The translations under genes were made by a program, and so were the position numbers. A DNA stretch of 64,000 nt, from positions 2,368,001-2,432,000 of the forward strand of contig CBDCJH010000002.1 of assembly GCA_965217775.1 (NCBI GenBank), written 5' to 3'. This DNA comes from Acidobacteriota bacterium. Its GTDB lineage: Bacteria > Acidobacteriota > UBA6911 > RPQK01 > JAJDTT01. This document shows positions 40,511 through 50,175 of the stretch, one piece after another; positions within the stretch are counted from its first letter, which is position 1; each line of letters begins with the position of its first letter. The notes under the pieces were generated by a model. That model saw only the letters and a list, made by a program, of their open reading frames with translations. It ran no database searches and had not been told where the DNA came from.

Positions 40511-41731
40511 ATGGGTATCTGGATGATCTTGAAAATCTCCCTCAAGTCACTGGGACGGAACATGATCCGCTCCATCCTCACCATGCTGGGGATCATCATC
40601 GGCGTCGCCGCCGTCATCACCATGGTCAGCCTGGGTCAGGGGGCGCAGCGGCAGGTCCAGGAGGAGATCGCCGCCATGGGAACCAACACCCTCTGGATCC
40701 GGGCCGGGAGCCGCCGTTCCTGGGGGATCCGGAGCGGATCGGGGACCATGAACACCCTCAACGCCGCCGATTTCGATGCCATCGCCCAAGAGGTCCCCAC
40801 GGTCCAGGCTGTGAGTCCCAGCGCCTCCACCATGGCTCAGGTCGTGTTCGGCAACCAGAACTGGAACACCCGGATCGAAGGCTACAACGAGCAGTATCCG
40901 CTACTGCGCAACTGGCCCCTGACCCAGGGGAGCTTCTTCGAAGAGAGTCACGTCAAGACGGCCTCCCGGGTCGCCGTCCTGGGACAGACCGTGGTGGACG
41001 AACTCTTCGGCGGAGGCGATCCGGTGGGCCAGACCATCCGGGTCAAGAACCTCCCCTTCCAGGTGATGGGCGTGCTCAAGAAGAAGGGGGCAAACAACTG
41101 GGGCCGGGACCAGGACGACACCATCATCGTGCCTTACACCACGGTCCAGAAGAAGTTCCAGGGCGGAGTCCTCTATGTCCAGTCCGGGCTCATTTCCGCG
41201 GTGAGCGCCCGCGCCAGCTTTGCGGCCCAGGAGCAGATCACCGCGCTCCTGCGGCAGCGCCACGACCTCGGTTCAGCCCAGGCCAACGACTTCCGGGTTC
41301 GGAACCTGAGTGAGTTCGCCGAACGGGCCGAGGCCACCAACCGGATTATGACCAACTTGCTGGCCAGCATCGCCGCCGTCTCTCTGCTGGTGGGGGGCAT
41401 CGGGATCATGAACATCATGCTGGTCTCGGTGACCGAACGGACCCGGGAGATCGGGATCCGCATGGCCATCGGCGCCCGGCCCGGACACGTGAGAATCCAG
41501 TTCCTGGCCGAAGCCATCGTGCTCTGCCTGGTGGGAGGTTTCATCGGGCTCGGAATGGGACTCGGCGGATCGGTGCTGGTATCGCAGGCCATGGGATGGC
41601 CGACGCAGATCTCCCCCAACTCCATCGTGGTCTCCATCATCTTCTCGGCTGCCATCGGGGTCTTTTTCGGATATTATCCGGCCCACAAGGCGGCCCGTCT
41701 GGACCCCATCGAAGCGCTCCACTACGAGTAG
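40511..41731 (+). CDS. ABC permease (MacB/FtsX-like)
   Basis: GGIGIMNIMLVSVTERTREIGIR. Confidence 0.93.
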   Translation: MGIWMILKISLKSLGRNMIRSILTMLGIIIGVAAVITMVSLGQGAQRQVQEEIAAMGTNTLWIRAGSRRSWGIRSGSGTMNTLNAADFDAIAQEVPTVQAVSPSASTMAQVVFGNQNWNTRIEGYNEQYPLLRNWPLTQGSFFEESHVKTASRVAVLGQTVVDELFGGGDPVGQTIRVKNLPFQVMGVLKKKGANNWGRDQDDTIIVPYTTVQKKFQGGVLYVQSGLISAVSARASFAAQEQITALLRQRHDLGSAQANDFRVRNLSEFAERAEATNRIMTNLLASIAAVSLLVGGIGIMNIMLVSVTERTREIGIRMAIGARPGHVRIQFLAEAIVLCLVGGFIGLGMGLGGSVLVSQAMGWPTQISPNSIVVSIIFSAAIGVFFGYYPAHKAARLDPIEALHYE

Positions 41732-41768
41732 GCTTCTCGCGGGTCCGGACGAGTGATCGGGGGCACGG

Positions 41769-43544
41769 ATGGACCAGAGCAGCAACTCGACTCGAACCCT
41801 CATCGTCCGGCTGTTCCATCTGGCCGTGGAGAGCCGGAGACTGCTGGTCTTTTCGCTCCTGTGCGGACTCCTCTTCTCGCTGGTCGGACTCTTCCCGCCC
41901 CTGGTCCTGAGACGGCTGATCCAGTTGCTTCAGGAAGGGAGCCTGGCCGGGTCCACGCTGATCCGGATGGCCCTCACCCTGGCCGGACTCTTTCTCCTGC
42001 GCGGGGTCTTCCGTTACGGCTACGGAGTCTTCTCCCACGTGGCCGCCTACCGCACGCTGCACAATCTCCTGGGCCGCACCTATGCCCGGGTTCAGGCCCT
42101 TCCCCCCGGAGCCTACACCCACCGCCGCAGCGGCGCCCTCATGTCCCGGACCGTCAACGACGTGGAGGTCATCGAGGACTTCCTGGCCCACGGGGTGCCG
42201 GAGATCTTCCTGGCGGCGGTGATGCCGGTAGCCATGCTCCTGATCCTCTTCAACATCCACTTCGAGCTGGCCCTCATCGTCACCCTGCCGTTGCCGTTGA
42301 TCGCCTGGCTGGTCTACCGCCTCTCGGGTCGGACCAGTCGAGCCTGGAGAAAGACCCGGGGGCGCCGGGCCGACCTGGTGGCCGAGATTCTGGACCGGAT
42401 CGGCGGGCACTCGGTGATCAAGTCCTTCGTCCGGGAAGAATCCGAGCTGCAGCGGGTCCGGCAGGCCAGCGCCCGCTATCGCGACAGCATCGAGAGAGCC
42501 AACCGCTGGTCGCTGATCCCGGCGGGAGTGGTCGAATTCGCGGGCGGCCTGGCCTACCTCCTGGTCGTCGCCGCGGGAGGACATCTGGCCCTGGGCGGAG
42601 AGGTGGCCCTGGCCGACCTGGTGGTCTTCATCCTCTACCTGGGACAGATCTTCCAGCCCCTGTTGCGGCTGGCCAACCTGAACGACGTCATCCAGAAAGC
42701 GGCGGCCTCGGCCCGTCGAGTATTCGAGCTCCTGGAGCTGCCGGTGGAGTCGCAGGTGGCCGGCCTGGTCGCCATTCCCAGCAACCTCCGATGGTCGGTG
42801 GAATTGGACCGGGTGACCTTCGGCTACGCGCCCGAGATTCCCGTCCTTCGGGACGTGAGTTTCCGGGCCGACGCCGGCGAGGTTCTGGCCCTGGTCGGTC
42901 CCACCGGCGCCGGCAAGACCACCTCCTGCAACCTGGTTCCCAGGTTCTACGAACCCCAGTTCGGAGCGGTCAGAATCGGCGGGATCGACGCGCGGAAGCT
43001 CGCACTGGGTCCATTGCGCCGGAGCGTGGCCCACGTCATGCAGGACGTGTATCTCTTCCACGCCACGATCCGGGAGAACATCCTGGTGGGCAACCCCGAG
43101 GCCAGCGAAGCGCAGATCCGTGAGGCCGCCCAGGCCGCCAACGCCGAGGAATTCATCCTCTCCCTGCCCCAGGGCTACGACACCATGGTGGGCGAAAGAG
43201 GGGCGCGCCTGTCGGGAGGCGAGAAACAGCGGATCTCCATCGCCCGCGCCCTCCTCAAGGACGCGCCCATCCTGATCCTGGACGAAGCCACCTCCAGCGT
43301 GGACACCGAGTCGGAGGTGGAGATCCGGGAAGCCATCACGCGCCTGACCCGGGACCGGACGGTCCTGGTCATCGCGCACCGTCTCTTCACCGTCCGCAAC
43401 GCCGACCGGATCGTGGTGCTCCAGGAGGGACGGGTCGTGGAAACGGGAATCCACTCGCGGCTGATCCGCACCGGAGGCCTCTACGATCGTCTCTGGACGG
43501 CCCAGGACACGTCACGTCACTGGCAGGTGAGAACGACGGCGTAG
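41769..43544 (+). CDS. ABC exporter, fused TMD-NBD
   Basis: TM region followed by GPTGAGKT, LSGGEKQR, LDEATS. Confidence 0.92.
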   Translation: MDQSSNSTRTLIVRLFHLAVESRRLLVFSLLCGLLFSLVGLFPPLVLRRLIQLLQEGSLAGSTLIRMALTLAGLFLLRGVFRYGYGVFSHVAAYRTLHNLLGRTYARVQALPPGAYTHRRSGALMSRTVNDVEVIEDFLAHGVPEIFLAAVMPVAMLLILFNIHFELALIVTLPLPLIAWLVYRLSGRTSRAWRKTRGRRADLVAEILDRIGGHSVIKSFVREESELQRVRQASARYRDSIERANRWSLIPAGVVEFAGGLAYLLVVAAGGHLALGGEVALADLVVFILYLGQIFQPLLRLANLNDVIQKAAASARRVFELLELPVESQVAGLVAIPSNLRWSVELDRVTFGYAPEIPVLRDVSFRADAGEVLALVGPTGAGKTTSCNLVPRFYEPQFGAVRIGGIDARKLALGPLRRSVAHVMQDVYLFHATIRENILVGNPEASEAQIREAAQAANAEEFILSLPQGYDTMVGERGARLSGGEKQRISIARALLKDAPILILDEATSSVDTESEVEIREAITRLTRDRTVLVIAHRLFTVRNADRIVVLQEGRVVETGIHSRLIRTGGLYDRLWTAQDTSRHWQVRTTA

Positions 43545-43655
43545 GGGGCAGCCGGCAACGCTCTCACCCCATTCGCCAGTCATACACCACCAGCGGTACT
43601 CAGACTATCGGCTTCGGTGGCATCGCACGACGAAGGGGCAGGTGCTGACCGGAAG

Positions 43656-43838
43656 TCACGACTTCGTTTGGCGCGTGTAGCCTTCGAAGAGACCTTCCAG
43701 CCTGGCCATGCGATCCGTGAACGCAACTTCGAGCCGGGTGACGCGGTCTCCGACTCGGTCGATCCGCTTCATCATGAACAGGCCCAAAGTCACACTTATT
43801 CCTGCCAATCCAAGGATTCCAATCAGTTCTGGGCTCAT
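43656..43838 (-). CDS. Small membrane-anchored coiled-coil protein
   Basis: GGAGG RBS; MSPELIGILGLAG TM segment, then RMARLEG. Confidence 0.6.
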   Translation of the reverse strand: MSPELIGILGLAGISVTLGLFMMKRIDRVGDRVTRLEVAFTDRMARLEGLFEGYTRQTKS

Positions 43839-44482
43839 AGGAGTAACCTCCATCGCAGAACAATGGCGGGACCTTGAGTATAACAAGGTCGTTTCGAGGA
43901 GCTGGATGTCTATTCCCAGTGACCGTAGCTCAACAGTCCGTGGTGAAAGTCTCGCGAGCACCGAGACCGTTCCTGCGCCCGCCGGACAAGGCGCGATGAG
44001 GGAGCATACCGGGAGTATGTGACCGAGTCGCAACGCAGTCCGCCTGACTGATTCTATAAATTCTGTAAACCATTCAACATAAACGAGTTACGAATTCTAC
44101 GGCGACGCTCTTCCCCCCATTCTTTCCACCTGAACGAAACGGATGCCCTTGGCCTTTCGTGGCCGTGAATGGACCGTGTCAGCCCCGGATCGCCATGCGC
44201 CCACGCCCCCGAGGCCTGACATTTTTGACGGCCACTTTCCTGCACTTTTGCATGGTCGGCAACAAGACCCCGATGTCGCACGATAATTCCCAGCGAACGT
44301 CCTAAATTTTTGGGGTTTATAGGGATGACGAGAGATCCCTGAAAACCTCTCCCGGTGGAACCCGACAGACACTCCTGCAACACCTCTAGAAGTTTCGTCG
44401 CTGACTTCCGAGTGAACAAGTGATCTATCACATGCGGAGTACTCGAGGGACCTATAGACTTGAATACCCCCTGAATGGACAG

Positions 44483-45451
44483 CTATTCCTGATACTCATA
44501 CTGGGGGTTTTCAACGCGTTCGAATTCGTTCGTCCTGAGATTGTAGCGTCGGCAGAAAGCCGTTGTGCGGATTGCCCCCTGCCGGTCCCGGTACTGGATC
44601 GCCCCAAGGAGGTACGCGGCAGATACACCCTGCGAAAGGAGGGCGAGATCGCGGCCATCGGTCGGTTCGGGTGTAAAGGCAATCCTGATGGTTCGACCGA
44701 CCCGAATTTCGTTAACCCGCGTCTTTTTCCACGGAGGGTCCATCACGGCCAGCTCCACATGGCGGGTGATCCTACAACACATGTAGGCGCAGAGTGGTTT
44801 GCCAGGAAGACCGCCGCTGTTGGCCACTTCAAAATAGCCTCCGCAGTTCCCCTGGAGCATGTTCTTGAGTTCGCTTGGAGCCAATATCTGGTCTTCTCGT
44901 GGGACCCATTTATGGGTAGTAATCTCGTCTCGACCGAGAACGATGTTCCTCAGTTCGAAGACGGGCCGGTGATCAGCCCTGAACCGCTCCGACTGAATCG
45001 AGAACAGTTGCGACTGAATCGCAAACAGTCGCTCGGAGACCTCGTGCTGGCGTTCCGAAAGGGTGTTGCGTTGCTTGGCGGCCTGCGCTTGCTCCCAAGT
45101 GAAATAGACCAGGGCCAGGGTTACGAGCACCAAGGCCACGGAGGGGAGGCTGCCGACGAGTTCCGTAAACCACTCATAACCCTTTGGATTAGAGGTCTGA
45201 TCTGGCTGGTCGCGATGATCCACTGCTACGCCAACGATAGAATTGTCAATTGGTTGCGCCGCAGATACGGTATCAGTCGAACCACGGCTCGAAGGCTCAA
45301 TAAGCTCGCGTACCCTCCCGTCCCGATTAGGGGCATTCTGTTTTTGCTTACTCTCTGGCCCGCCACTTGGACTTGGTGGATTTGAGGGCTCCTGGAATCC
45401 CAGGGAAAGCAGCACCAGGAAACACAGGGATGAGGCTGGATTGTGATTCAT
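44483..45451 (-). CDS. Hypothetical membrane protein
   Basis: GAGAGG RBS, N-terminal hydrophobic stretch, TM helix, then soluble domain. Confidence 0.6.
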   Translation of the reverse strand: MNHNPASSLCFLVLLSLGFQEPSNPPSPSGGPESKQKQNAPNRDGRVRELIEPSSRGSTDTVSAAQPIDNSIVGVAVDHRDQPDQTSNPKGYEWFTELVGSLPSVALVLVTLALVYFTWEQAQAAKQRNTLSERQHEVSERLFAIQSQLFSIQSERFRADHRPVFELRNIVLGRDEITTHKWVPREDQILAPSELKNMLQGNCGGYFEVANSGGLPGKPLCAYMCCRITRHVELAVMDPPWKKTRVNEIRVGRTIRIAFTPEPTDGRDLALLSQGVSAAYLLGAIQYRDRQGAIRTTAFCRRYNLRTNEFERVENPQYEYQE

Positions 45452-45457
45452 TTCCTC

Positions 45458-45822
45458 TCACATTCCACCAGCCTTTTTAGGATGGTGGAAGTCGAGCACG
45501 TGGTCAAGCGTCAGGTGATCCTGGTCGCCAACCTTGAACCACTTTAGCAATTCGCACCTACCCGTGTTCTTCCTATGCGCCCGACCGCGGTTCTTCAAGA
45601 GGTCATTTCGGATCCTGTGCAGGTCTCCCCACAGCGATGCCTCCACACCGTGCGGCAAGGGGCTCTTTTCCCGGAGAACTCCTGTTTCTTCCGGTACTTC
45701 TCCCACGCACCGTCCACTCTGGCGATCCATCCGACGTAGGCCAACTGCACCATCCGGCCGTTGCACCCCAGTTCCGACGACCACGTAACGGGTGGATTCG
45801 GCATGGTGGAGCGTAGCTCCAT
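45458..45822 (-). pseudogene. Degraded hypothetical gene, possibly HEPN-like
   Basis: Protein-like segments in two frames (WIARVDGAWEKYRK and LWGDLHRIRNDLLKN...CELLKWF). Confidence 0.35.
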
Positions 45823-46006
45823 GGATAGCGGGGATGTAGCTGGCCGCCTCGCGGTTGCGCCACTGCCACCGGAGCGGCGATGACGCGCCGGGCCTTGAGG
45901 CCGTGGCTGTGCCCGTTGACGTCCGCAAGCCGGACCAACGGGCCGTCTGCCACGAAGTGCACCGCCGCCTCGATGCGTCGCTCAACCGACATCCCGTAGG
46001 GATATC

Positions 46007-46259
46007 TGGGACGGGAGCGACCCCCCACGGCGATGCGGCGCGTGTGAAAACAGCGCCTACCAAGATGCCGATCCGGGAGGCAAAAAGGAGGGGCGCTCCC
46101 ATCCACCTCCGCTTTCCCCCAACCGGCACCGCGGAGCCGAGAATATGTCTGTAACTGCATGAATGGAAAACAGATCGGGGAAAGCGTCTTTGTGAATCGA
46201 CGGGACCGCTTTTTGTGAATCCACCTGGCTGGTCCCATTCTCACTCCCGGATCGGCACG
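46007..46259. other. Conserved structured non-coding element, copy 1
   Basis: Colinear with 48361-48611; shared inverted repeats. Confidence 0.8.
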
Positions 46260-46449
46260 AGACTCCTGTTTCGCACCCCCGAACGGCGGCCCCGAAAACC
46301 CAGGCTCCGGCTACGCGTAGCCCCGGTCGATCACGGCCTGGAAGGAGTGATCTTCTGCGGCCGGGTCCAACTCCTCGTCCAGACTGACTCGAAGCAGCGT
46401 CATCGTTCGGGCGCGTCACAGCGCCTCTTGCCTCCTAGAGAAACACCTA

Positions 46450-46690
46450 GGACGAGACCCGGCGTCTACATTTGCGTGCCAAGCTGGACGCCGTGTTCTT
46501 CCATCTCTACGGCGTTACAGACCGTCAGGATGTCCGCTACGTCTATTCGACGTTTCCCATCGTGAAACACCAGGAAACAGGAGCTTATGGGTACTACAGT
46601 TCCCGCGATCTCTGTCTCGCCTGGATGAACGTGCTGGCGGCAGGCAAGCCCGGTGCGGAGATCAATTTGGGGTGGCAAGCAGAAATGTAA
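46450..46690 (+). pseudogene. C-terminal fragment of a type IIG-like R-M enzyme
   Basis: RRLHLRAKLDAVFFHLYG...YVYSTFPIVK...RDLCLAWM. Confidence 0.65.
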
Positions 46691-46828
46691 CTATACGGTA
46701 GCTCCTACCAGGGATCATGAGTACACCGAGTCACGTCCAGCACCGAGATGACTTGCTTCCCACCGCAGTAGCGCCGAACCGTTCCGCGAAAACGTAGGGT
46801 AGTGCTTGAGGTCGATGAGGCTGGCCAC

Positions 46829-47977
46829 TCATTCTTCCAGCTCGTGGAACGCCTCCTTTACCACCGCCCTCCATGTTGTTTCGCGATGTTCTGTGGTGCA
46901 AGTGATCTTGAGTTGTGCGGGTTGCGGTGGGTGGACGTTGTCGGCCGTAATCTTCCCGTCGAGAACGATGTCCCCTGATGCGTGCGATCCAAGGTAGAGC
47001 AAACTGTCGATCCATTTCGTTTCATTGGGTTGGATCTTTTCGGTCCGGATCTTGACAAGGCAGCAATCCGGGAGTTTCTGGACGGTTATGTCGTCGTCAC
47101 CTTTCATGCGGAAACTCGAAAGGCTGAAAACGGGGAAAAGGTCTCTACGGGGTTCCGGTTTCTTTGGCCAGGAGTGCTCGTCGAAGAGGACAGCATAGGG
47201 TGATTGAACGGTGAGTTCTACGCGCACGTCCATGGCGACGACGGATCCAGAGTTGATGATAGCGAATTGCAGTGTGGTACAGAGATGTTTTGCCCAAACG
47301 TAGGCGGCTAGCTCCCGCAGGAAGTCGGTGTTTATGCGGCGGAACTGCAGCGTGGGGATAGGGGGACTGGGCTCCTTGTAATCGGGGATTGCTTCAGAGT
47401 CCCTTATGTCAAGACAGGTGCCGTGAATTGCTTGTGTGTCCCCGGTGAGGCGACGCTGCGTCGTGTCAGCGAACAGTAGCTCGAGATGCGGCGACGCTTG
47501 TGGGATGGGCGCGGCTCCCATGCGTGCGATCTCATCTGGTAGCGCAACCGCCGTGGAGCTGCCACGGCGCAGGTAGACGGTATTTTCAGAAAGCTTGCCG
47601 AACGACTTTATGATGAACCGGGGGCGGTCTTGGACCGGAATGTGGAGGACGCCGACATTTATTCCCTCTAGTCGTGTCGCCCTATAGGAGAAGGTGACTG
47701 GCTGGTTCGTCTTGCTGTTGACGAGTTGCTGGAGTTTGGCGTCCTCGAGGTGGCCGGTAATCCCGACTACCGTCGCGCGGCCGTTGGGGTTCTCTTTGAC
47801 GCCAATGAGGATGTAGGCATCTGCGTGACGCCAAGCGTTGGTGAACGCCAGGATATCCTTGATCAGTTCTCCCTTTTGCTCATTGGTGGCAAGGTCATAC
47901 TGCTGACTCTTGAAGTCCAATGTCGAGCCTTCATCCTCATAGAGCAGGCTTGTGAAGAAGCGGTCATCGTCACTCAT
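46829..47977 (-). CDS. Schlafen/AlbA_2 domain protein with beta-rich C-terminal domain
   Basis: EGSTLDFKS...KDILAFTN...ILIGV...YLRRGSST. Confidence 0.85.
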   Translation of the reverse strand: MSDDDRFFTSLLYEDEGSTLDFKSQQYDLATNEQKGELIKDILAFTNAWRHADAYILIGVKENPNGRATVVGITGHLEDAKLQQLVNSKTNQPVTFSYRATRLEGINVGVLHIPVQDRPRFIIKSFGKLSENTVYLRRGSSTAVALPDEIARMGAAPIPQASPHLELLFADTTQRRLTGDTQAIHGTCLDIRDSEAIPDYKEPSPPIPTLQFRRINTDFLRELAAYVWAKHLCTTLQFAIINSGSVVAMDVRVELTVQSPYAVLFDEHSWPKKPEPRRDLFPVFSLSSFRMKGDDDITVQKLPDCCLVKIRTEKIQPNETKWIDSLLYLGSHASGDIVLDGKITADNVHPPQPAQLKITCTTEHRETTWRAVVKEAFHELEE

Positions 47978-48360
47978 AGGTTTCTCCAGAGTACGGCTCT
48001 TGACGCATTCTGTTGAGCTTGTGACGGGCGGGGGCAGCGGCCAAGTTGAAATACAACATAAGAGCCGCCGTGCTTCCCGTCAGCCGCCGCCAGCTCCCAT
48101 GCTGGTCCGTTTCGCCAGTTCAATCCAAGGATCTGGTGACGCCAGCGCCGTCTGTAGGATGTCTCAGAAAAGGAGCGTTTTACGAAAGGCTTTCCAGAGG
48201 CCCGGTCACGGGACGAAACCTCGGTCAAAACCGTCCTGTTTTGTTGTCTCACTACTCTGTGTATCATACTGCCGTCCTTGGCCGTTTCTCCGCCGCCCGG
48301 CTTCACTGTCCCCAGCGCCGTCTTCTTGGGCACCTTGATGGCCTTCCCGCCAGGGATTGA

Positions 48361-48611
48361 TGGGACGGGAGCGACCCTCCCGGGCGATGTGGCGTGTGAA
48401 AACAACGCCGCCCGCCGATGCCGATCCGGGAGGCAAAAAGGGGGGGTCGCTCCCGTCCACCTCCGATTTCCCCGATAGGCACGGCGGACCCGAAAATATG
48501 GCCGTAACTGCATGAGCGAAAAAGAGATCGGGGAAATCGCGCGTGTAAGTCGACAGGTCCCTGCGGTGTAAGTTGCCCTTATTGTCTCACTTACGCTCCC
48601 CGATCGGCACG
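48361..48611. other. Conserved structured non-coding element, copy 2
   Basis: Colinear with 46007-46259; about 90 bp downstream of the integrase stop. Confidence 0.8.
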
Positions 48612-48701
48612 GAACCCCACTTTTCATCGGTCAAAATCGATCTTCCGGAAGCTGGCTTGAACGCCATATCACGAAGCCTGTCGGGAGGACGACCCGGCGG
48701 A

Positions 48702-49922
48702 TCAACGGAGCCGACCGGACGCCGGTTGCCGACTCTCGCCAGCCAGATAGCTAGCCCATTCGTCCATGAGCCGGCGCCGCCGCTCGAACAGGTCCGTGCG
48801 CCGGTATGCGGCCTCGATCGGGTTGCGGACCTTGTGCGCCAAAGCCGCCTCCTCCACCTCGCGCGGATGATCCGTCTCCTCGGCCGCCCAGTCCCGGAAA
48901 CTCGACCGGAAGCCGTGCGGCACGGCTGCGATCTTCAACGTCCGGAGCAGACCCGCCATCGCCGTGCTCCCGAGTGGCTTTCCGTGCATGCTCGGAAAAA
49001 CGAGGGGGCCGCCACCGAGTGCCCGCGCCTGATCGAGGATCTCCAACGCACGGCGACTGAGCGGCACCCGGTGCTCCCGATTCCCCTTCGTGCGTCCGGC
49101 GGGGATGGTCCACACTCCCTCGTCCCGGCCGATCTCCGTCCACGCGGCCCCACGGACCTCGCTGGAGCGTGTCGCCGTCAGCACCAGGAACTCGAACGCC
49201 AGCTTCACCACCGGTCGCGCGTTCGACGTTCTCACCGTCCGGAGCGCGGACGCCACTTCGCCATGAGGCAACGCCCGCATGTGACGCACAACCTTCCCCT
49301 GCGCGCCGAGCACCGGACCGATCCGGTCGCACGGGTTGTCGGGCCGAAGATCCATCGCCACGGCCCATTCCAACACCGCGCGGATGCGCTGGCGCAGCTT
49401 CCGGGCCGTGGATGCCTTCTCGTGCCAGATCGGAGCGAGGATTCCGATCACGTCGGCGCTCGTCACCTCCGCAATCGGCATCTTCCCGATGTAAGGGAAG
49501 GCGTGGTGCTCCAGGCTCGCCAGCCAGAGCTGTGCATGCCGGGCGGAGCGCCAGCCCGGCCGCAACTGCTTCCAGACCGTCCGGGTGGCGTCCGCGAAGG
49601 TGGGCATCGACTCGGACCTCCGCTTCTCGGCCCGGGGGTCGCCTCCGTCGCGGGCCAGCTTCCGGTTGGCGAACGCCTTCTCACGCGCTTCTTTGAGCGA
49701 GACCAGGGGGAATCCGCCGAGCCCGAGCTCGGTTCGGCGGCCACGGATGGTGAGGCGCTGGATCCAGCCCCGGCTCCCTGTTAGCCTGACGTCGAGATAG
49801 AGGCCCTGGCCGTCGCAGTAGCGTCCGGCCTGGCTCACGTTGCGGACAAAGGCCGGTGTCAGGACATTGTGGGGATGCTGGCCACGGGGCTTGCGTTGTG
49901 GAGGTCGTTTCGAGAGTGTCAT
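48702..49922 (-). CDS. P4-like tyrosine integrase with arm-binding domain
   Basis: DGQGLYL...LGLG.FP.VSL.EAR; catalytic R, K, HGFR, LAH and AY intact. Confidence 0.93.
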   Translation of the reverse strand: MTLSKRPPQRKPRGQHPHNVLTPAFVRNVSQAGRYCDGQGLYLDVRLTGSRGWIQRLTIRGRRTELGLGGFPLVSLKEAREKAFANRKLARDGGDPRAEKRRSESMPTFADATRTVWKQLRPGWRSARHAQLWLASLEHHAFPYIGKMPIAEVTSADVIGILAPIWHEKASTARKLRQRIRAVLEWAVAMDLRPDNPCDRIGPVLGAQGKVVRHMRALPHGEVASALRTVRTSNARPVVKLAFEFLVLTATRSSEVRGAAWTEIGRDEGVWTIPAGRTKGNREHRVPLSRRALEILDQARALGGGPLVFPSMHGKPLGSTAMAGLLRTLKIAAVPHGFRSSFRDWAAEETDHPREVEEAALAHKVRNPIEAAYRRTDLFERRRRLMDEWASYLAGESRQPASGRLR

Positions 49923-50090
49923 ACCTACCACTATACCCCCCAACCAAATGCGGGATGCAAGGGGATGAAGCGGAACGGTATCGGACAACGACGGACGTCA
50001 GATCTCCTGATAAATCAATGAAAATGAGGTACTTATGTACATTGCTGGACATATCTGGACGATATGTCTGTCTCTCACAACGCATCCCGC
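49923..50090 (-). other. Putative att region of the integrase island
   Basis: GGGGGGTAT/GTAGGTAT arm-like repeats and an AT-rich IHF-like tract upstream of the integrase; no tRNA seen. Confidence 0.45.
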
Positions 50091-50175
50091 CGGGATGCAG
50101 GGACGGTCGAATGCCGTGACGACTTTTGCCACGGGCTGTCAAGCCCAGACACCTCGCACCCCGTGGCCGTCAATC

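Noticed and set aside
43555-43580. tRNA-3'-like sequence CTCTCACCCCATTCGCCA
   Set aside because: No T-arm or cloverleaf; no tRNA can be called
44160-44200. Possible third copy of the structured element (GTGAAT...CCCCGGATCGCCA)
   Set aside because: The other stems and the central motif cannot be aligned
44420-45385. 321-aa antisense ORF overlapping 44483-45451
   Set aside because: No motifs; the minus-strand ORF has an RBS and a plausible topology
48566-48580. MOBQ nic-like TAAGTTGCCCT
   Set aside because: Imperfect, absent from copy 1, and no relaxase in the window
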